NCBI GenBank assembly: GCA_045633705.1
Contig: JAZQYV010000019.1
Location: 57,633-121,632 of the forward strand
DNA: 64,000 bases
Source: Candidatus Onthoplasma sp.
GTDB lineage: Bacteria > Bacillota > Clostridia > Christensenellales > UBA1242
Direction of reading: 5' to 3'
Positions 59,698 through 64,000 of the stretch are shown here, one piece after another. A program made the translations under genes and the position numbers. Numbering within the stretch: the stretch's first letter is position 1; each line of letters starts with the position of its first letter. The notes beneath the pieces were generated by a model, which was not told where the DNA came from, ran no database searches, and worked only from the letters and a program-made list of their open reading frames with translations.

Positions 59698-60018
59698 TAT
59701 AAGCTGTAATTTATATAATAAAAACCTTTAAAGATTACTCACATAAAGTTTAAAATTTAAGTATATTAAAACTAGAAAAACCATAGCACTATACTTTACT
59801 TTTAAGCCTGATTGTGGTATAATATTATTGTTAAAATAATTCTAATTAAAAGGTTGAAAAAATGATGAAAAATTTAAAAAATTATTTAAAAATAAATAAA
59901 AATATTTCTTCATTTTTTTGCGGTTATAAATTTAATTTTCGGTATAAATAGAACGTTGCTGTCGATAAATTTGACAAACGTTCTTTTTATATAAAATTTA
60001 TTAAAGGAGGTCTCAGGA

Positions 60019-63000
60019 ATGAGAAAGAAAATTGCAACGTTGTTGCTGGCTTTTGCACTCATTTTACCATGTTCATTATTGTTCACTGCCTGTTTGGACG
60101 ATGATGGCACTGATAAAGCAAAAGTAACTAGTATTTCTGCCGAGTTAGAATCTACCGACTATACTATGACAGATAATACTATCACTATTCCTTGGGGCGT
60201 TAAAGTAGAGCTGGACTCGTCTGACTTTACAATAACAGCCACATTGGATAATGGTGAAACAAAAGTGATTTCAGAAAAGACCGAAACAAAAGACGGTTTT
60301 ACTTTTTCATCTACAATTCCTAATGACGCAATTACGCCACTAGGAGAGTATTTAATCACATTCTCGCACGAGGGCGTGGAAGAAGATGTTGAGATAGATG
60401 TAAACGTAGTTAAAGCCAATGTCGATATGACTGGTGTTGACTGGAATTACACAAATTCATTTACTTATGATAAAACTGAAAAAGTAGTAGAATTGACAGG
60501 CTTACCTGCCGGTGTTTCTGTTGAATACAAAACAAAACTTTCAACTGAAAGCGGTAATGGTGAGATTGGAAATAGAGCAACAAATGCTGGTGCTTATACC
60601 ACAACTGCAATTTTCACTTATTCAGATACTGAACATTATAATGCTATACCTAACAAGGTAATAAATTGGGAGATTGAAAAGGCGGATATTGTTGTATCTA
60701 GCGTTACAATGCAACCATTTACTTATGATGGAACAGAGAAAACTGCAACCATCACAAGTAATTTACCTGAAGGGGTTGAAGCAACAATAACAGGCGAAAA
60801 AATTGCTACAAATGCTGATACATATGACATTGTGATATCTTTTGAATATATTGGAGCAGATAGTGCAAACTATAATCCAATTGCAAACTTAAATGCAAGT
60901 TGGACAATTAATCCTGCTAAATTTACAGCTGTTGGCGAAGTTGTTTTAAAAGAAGATTATGATTTAATTTATAATGGTGCTAACCAAGCCGTTGAATTGG
61001 ATCTAACTGGTCTTGACACAAACAATGTAGAAGTTGTTGCGGTTACAGGATTAACTGCTAAAAATGTTGGAACACATACTGCAATAGTTGAACTTGCATA
61101 TATCGGTGCAAGCACAAACTATAACAGAGTTGATAACATTTCAGTGGAGTGGACAATTGGTAAAGCTCCTTTGACCATTACAGCAAAAGATAAAACTATT
61201 ACTTATGGTGATAGTGCAGCTAACGACAATGTAACATATACAGGATTAGTGGCTGAAGAAACCGCAAGTGTGTTGGTAGGCTCACTTGTTTATGATTATG
61301 ATGGTTATGAGATTGGAAGCAATGTTGGAAGTTATGATATAACTCCAAGCGGCTTAACATCACCTAACTATGAAATCAGTTTTGTTAAGGGAACTCTTAC
61401 AGTCGAAAAGAAAGCCTTAACAATTAAAGCAAACGATGCAACTATTGATTATAACACTAATGCTACAAACAATGGTGTTGAGCAAACAGGATTAATAGCT
61501 GGCGACACAATAGCAGAGCTTGGAACATTGGCCTATAATTATGGTGAATATGTTAAAGGAAGTGATGTGGGAACTTATGATATAACTGTATCGGGTTTAG
61601 AAGCTGAAAATTATATCATTAGTTATGAAAAGGGTACACTTACAGTTGAAAAGATTGATGTGGACGTAGATATAACAGGGGTTGCGTTGGTTGATAATTC
61701 TATTGTATACACTGGGGCAGAACTTTCAGTTGAAGTAGACGAAACCACACTTCCAGATGGAGTGATAGTTACAAATATTGAAACAAAGGATAATACTCCA
61801 ATAAATGTGGGCAGTTATACTGCAGTTATATATTTGCAATATTTTGACACTAAAAACTATAATCCAATGTCTACAATTGAAAGAACTTGGAATATTGAAA
61901 AAGCTACAGTTGCCTCATTTGATGGCGTTGCTTTAAAGGAAACCGAGCTAACATATACTGGTTTAGAACAAGAAGTGGAAATTATAAATATACCAGCAGG
62001 TGCAAAAATTGACACTGTTGATGGAAATAAGGGCATAAATGCTGATGTGTATACAGTAGTAGTTGTGTTTATTTGCGCTGACACAGAAAACTACAATGAG
62101 TTTGAACCAGTAAGCAAAACTTATACTTGGCACGTTATGCCTGCAACATTAACAGTTGCGGCACTAGACAACACAATAGCTTATGGCGAACAACCAAGCC
62201 ACAATGGATACACTATTACAGGATTTGTAAATAATGAAACCGAAAGTGTATTGGAAGGTGAAATTTCATATTCTTACACATATTCGTATGGTGAAGATGT
62301 TGGAACTTACACAATCACACCTAGTGGATTTACATCTGGTAACTACACAATTAATTTTGTTGGTGGTGAATTAATTGTCGAAAAGGGTAGAATTGATTTT
62401 GCAGGTATTGATTGGATAAAAAATAGTCCTTACACTTACACGGGAAGCCCTATCAAACTAGTTCTAGGCGGAGATGCCAACATTGTTGAAATTATATATT
62501 CTTACACTAAAGGTGGGGAAGTAGTTGAAAATCCAACTAATGTTGGAACATATGTTGCTCGTGCTGAAATTAACTTGAGCAATGATAATTATGAGATTGT
62601 TAATAATAATATAACTGATTTTGAGTACGAAATTGCGCCAAAAGCAGTGGATTGTTCAGCTCTTACTTGGGTAGATGCGATAGAATATACATTTGATGGC
62701 CAAGAACATAAGCCAACACTTGTAGAAATTCCTGAAGGTGTAGAAGTTACATATTACTACTTTGAAGGTGAGGATACTCAAATTCCTGCTGAAACTGTTT
62801 TAAATGTTGGCACTTATACAGCCATGGCTGAGGTGCAACCAGCAAGTGAAAATTATATAATTGCTAATTACACACAATTACAAAATATTACATTCACAAT
62901 CAACAGGATGCAAATTGATATTAGTGATGTTGAATGGGAAACTTTGGAAAACACTGTATACACTGGCGAAGCAATTAAACCGGTATTGACAGGAACTGAA

Positions 63001-64000
63001 AATATACCAGCTGACCATATGACATTTGAATATTATTATACTGAAGGTACAATTATGTATCCAGTTAAAGATGTTGTTGTGGAAGCAAATATCAATCCTG
63101 TAAATGTAGGCGAATATGAGGCGTGGGCATTTATTACCCTTACATATCAATCACAAAACTACGAAATTGTAAACAATGGTTATCTATTCCTTTCTGACAG
63201 CCTAAGATTGCAATTTGTAATTGAGCAGGCCGAAGTTGTTTTAGGCGAAATGGGTTGGAATATTGATTCATTAGTGATTAATAAAGATGAATATTCACAA
63301 TACAGCGAAGCAGTAGTAGAATATAATGAAGAGCCAATTGTAATAACTGCTGTTGGTAACTTTGATATGTTTGATATTGAATATCAACTTGATTATGTTA
63401 CTACAGAAACAATTTCAATCGAAAGTGCAGGGTATTATAATATTTGTGCTACAATCACACTAAAAGAAGAGTATCAACAAAATTATTATTTTGGCAACTT
63501 TAATCTTGTATTGTGGTTGGAGGTTAAAGCAAACCCATTTGAGCTTATTACTATTGATGGTGAAGAAGTTTCATATGCCGAATTTGCAGCAAAAGAGAGA
63601 TTTGAATATTTGTCAGAAATTGAATTTGCACTAAAAGATGGATATACTGCTAGTGACAACAACTCTAATGAAATTAGCTCAATTATAATAGATGGCGATT
63701 ATAAATCAATTTTTGTAGTAGACGGCAATTTAAATCAAGTTTTCTCAAAGCATATATATGACTACTATTATATGGATGAAATCGTTGTTGAAGACACAAA
63801 ACTTAATCCATCTTATGATAATAATCTTCATATAGGACTTGCAGACGGACAAACTGAGATTGAAATTACTTTTAACCAAAAGTATTTAGCTAAATATGCT
63901 TCAAACATTAAATACGAAATCTATTATGAGGAAGGCGGATTTGAGACAGGAGCTATTCAAAGTGTTCCATTTATAGTTGAGAATGCAGCAAGCGTGGCAG
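60019..64000 (+). CDS. large surface lipoprotein with Ig-like and MBG-type repeats (partial, continues past the window end)
   Basis: My translation from the ATG at 60019 (AAAGGAGG SD) is MRKKIATLLLAFALILPCSLLFTAC... The frame stays open to 64000. Repeated about 80-aa units of the ...TYDGTEKTA...ATNAGAYT...NYN...W.I.KA type are present. Three MBG-like units are also present (ITAKDKTITYGDSA...YDITPSGLTSPNYEISFVKGTLTVEKK). Confidence 0.8.
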   Translation, partial: MRKKIATLLLAFALILPCSLLFTACLDDDGTDKAKVTSISAELESTDYTMTDNTITIPWGVKVELDSSDFTITATLDNGETKVISEKTETKDGFTFSSTIPNDAITPLGEYLITFSHEGVEEDVEIDVNVVKANVDMTGVDWNYTNSFTYDKTEKVVELTGLPAGVSVEYKTKLSTESGNGEIGNRATNAGAYTTTAIFTYSDTEHYNAIPNKVINWEIEKADIVVSSVTMQPFTYDGTEKTATITSNLPEGVEATITGEKIATNADTYDIVISFEYIGADSANYNPIANLNASWTINPAKFTAVGEVVLKEDYDLIYNGANQAVELDLTGLDTNNVEVVAVTGLTAKNVGTHTAIVELAYIGASTNYNRVDNISVEWTIGKAPLTITAKDKTITYGDSAANDNVTYTGLVAEETASVLVGSLVYDYDGYEIGSNVGSYDITPSGLTSPNYEISFVKGTLTVEKKALTIKANDATIDYNTNATNNGVEQTGLIAGDTIAELGTLAYNYGEYVKGSDVGTYDITVSGLEAENYIISYEKGTLTVEKIDVDVDITGVALVDNSIVYTGAELSVEVDETTLPDGVIVTNIETKDNTPINVGSYTAVIYLQYFDTKNYNPMSTIERTWNIEKATVASFDGVALKETELTYTGLEQEVEIINIPAGAKIDTVDGNKGINADVYTVVVVFICADTENYNEFEPVSKTYTWHVMPATLTVAALDNTIAYGEQPSHNGYTITGFVNNETESVLEGEISYSYTYSYGEDVGTYTITPSGFTSGNYTINFVGGELIVEKGRIDFAGIDWIKNSPYTYTGSPIKLVLGGDANIVEIIYSYTKGGEVVENPTNVGTYVARAEINLSNDNYEIVNNNITDFEYEIAPKAVDCSALTWVDAIEYTFDGQEHKPTLVEIPEGVEVTYYYFEGEDTQIPAETVLNVGTYTAMAEVQPASENYIIANYTQLQNITFTINRMQIDISDVEWETLENTVYTGEAIKPVLTGTENIPADHMTFEYYYTEGTIMYPVKDVVVEANINPVNVGEYEAWAFITLTYQSQNYEIVNNGYLFLSDSLRLQFVIEQAEVVLGEMGWNIDSLVINKDEYSQYSEAVVEYNEEPIVITAVGNFDMFDIEYQLDYVTTETISIESAGYYNICATITLKEEYQQNYYFGNFNLVLWLEVKANPFELITIDGEEVSYAEFAAKERFEYLSEIEFALKDGYTASDNNSNEISSIIIDGDYKSIFVVDGNLNQVFSKHIYDYYYMDEIVVEDTKLNPSYDNNLHIGLADGQTEIEITFNQKYLAKYASNIKYEIYYEEGGFETGAIQSVPFIVENAASVA

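Noticed and set aside
1-64000. An alternative genetic code (UGA read as Trp, as in Mollicutes) given the AT-richness
   Set aside because: Long conserved genes (secA, PFOR, gltX) are intact under the standard code, and TGA ends at least one well-supported gene (the SDR at 5674-5676).

Overview
The window is AT-rich, roughly one-third G+C by eye (not computed). It is densely coding and reads as a monoderm, low-GC Bacillota (Firmicutes) chromosome using the standard code; TGA is used as a stop, for example at 5674-5676. No family call below could be checked by a database search. Housekeeping genes I recognise: tdk (partial), secA, a yabP-yabQ-divIC sporulation/division operon followed by an archaeal-type CMP-kinase-like gene, a FabG-like SDR, gltX, a CwlD-like amidase, one tRNA-Leu, pyruvate:ferredoxin oxidoreductase, and rplJ-rplL with a structured leader. 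I also recognise a heterodimeric ABC exporter pair, TetR, TspO, a YugP-type Zn peptidase, and an LtaS-like/GT4/EpsG envelope cluster. A large share of the window encodes surface lipoproteins. These include a 3875-aa protein with three GLUG-type modules, a smaller GLUG/Flg_new paralogue, a BspA-type LRR protein, a beta-propeller-like protein, and a partial MBG/Ig-repeat adhesin that runs off the 3' end. I found no CRISPR array, rRNA, transposase, integrase or recognisable defence system. The candidates most worth a second look are: (1) a 997-aa membrane-anchored coiled-coil protein ending in nine AT-hook (GRP) motifs; (2) a tRNA-Leu with an A34 (AAG) anticodon; (3) a tRNA-proximal cluster of unknown genes that includes two tandem alpha/beta-hydrolase-like paralogues, one with a Ser and one with a Cys nucleophile elbow; (4) an XRE repressor divergent from a 605-aa protein with an internal tandem duplication and operator-like palindromes; (5) seven genes whose ATG lies 5-8 nt after a consensus -10 box with no Shine-Dalgarno, suggesting leaderless mRNAs; (6) a G8 tract in the ribosome-binding site of the LRR lipoprotein gene.
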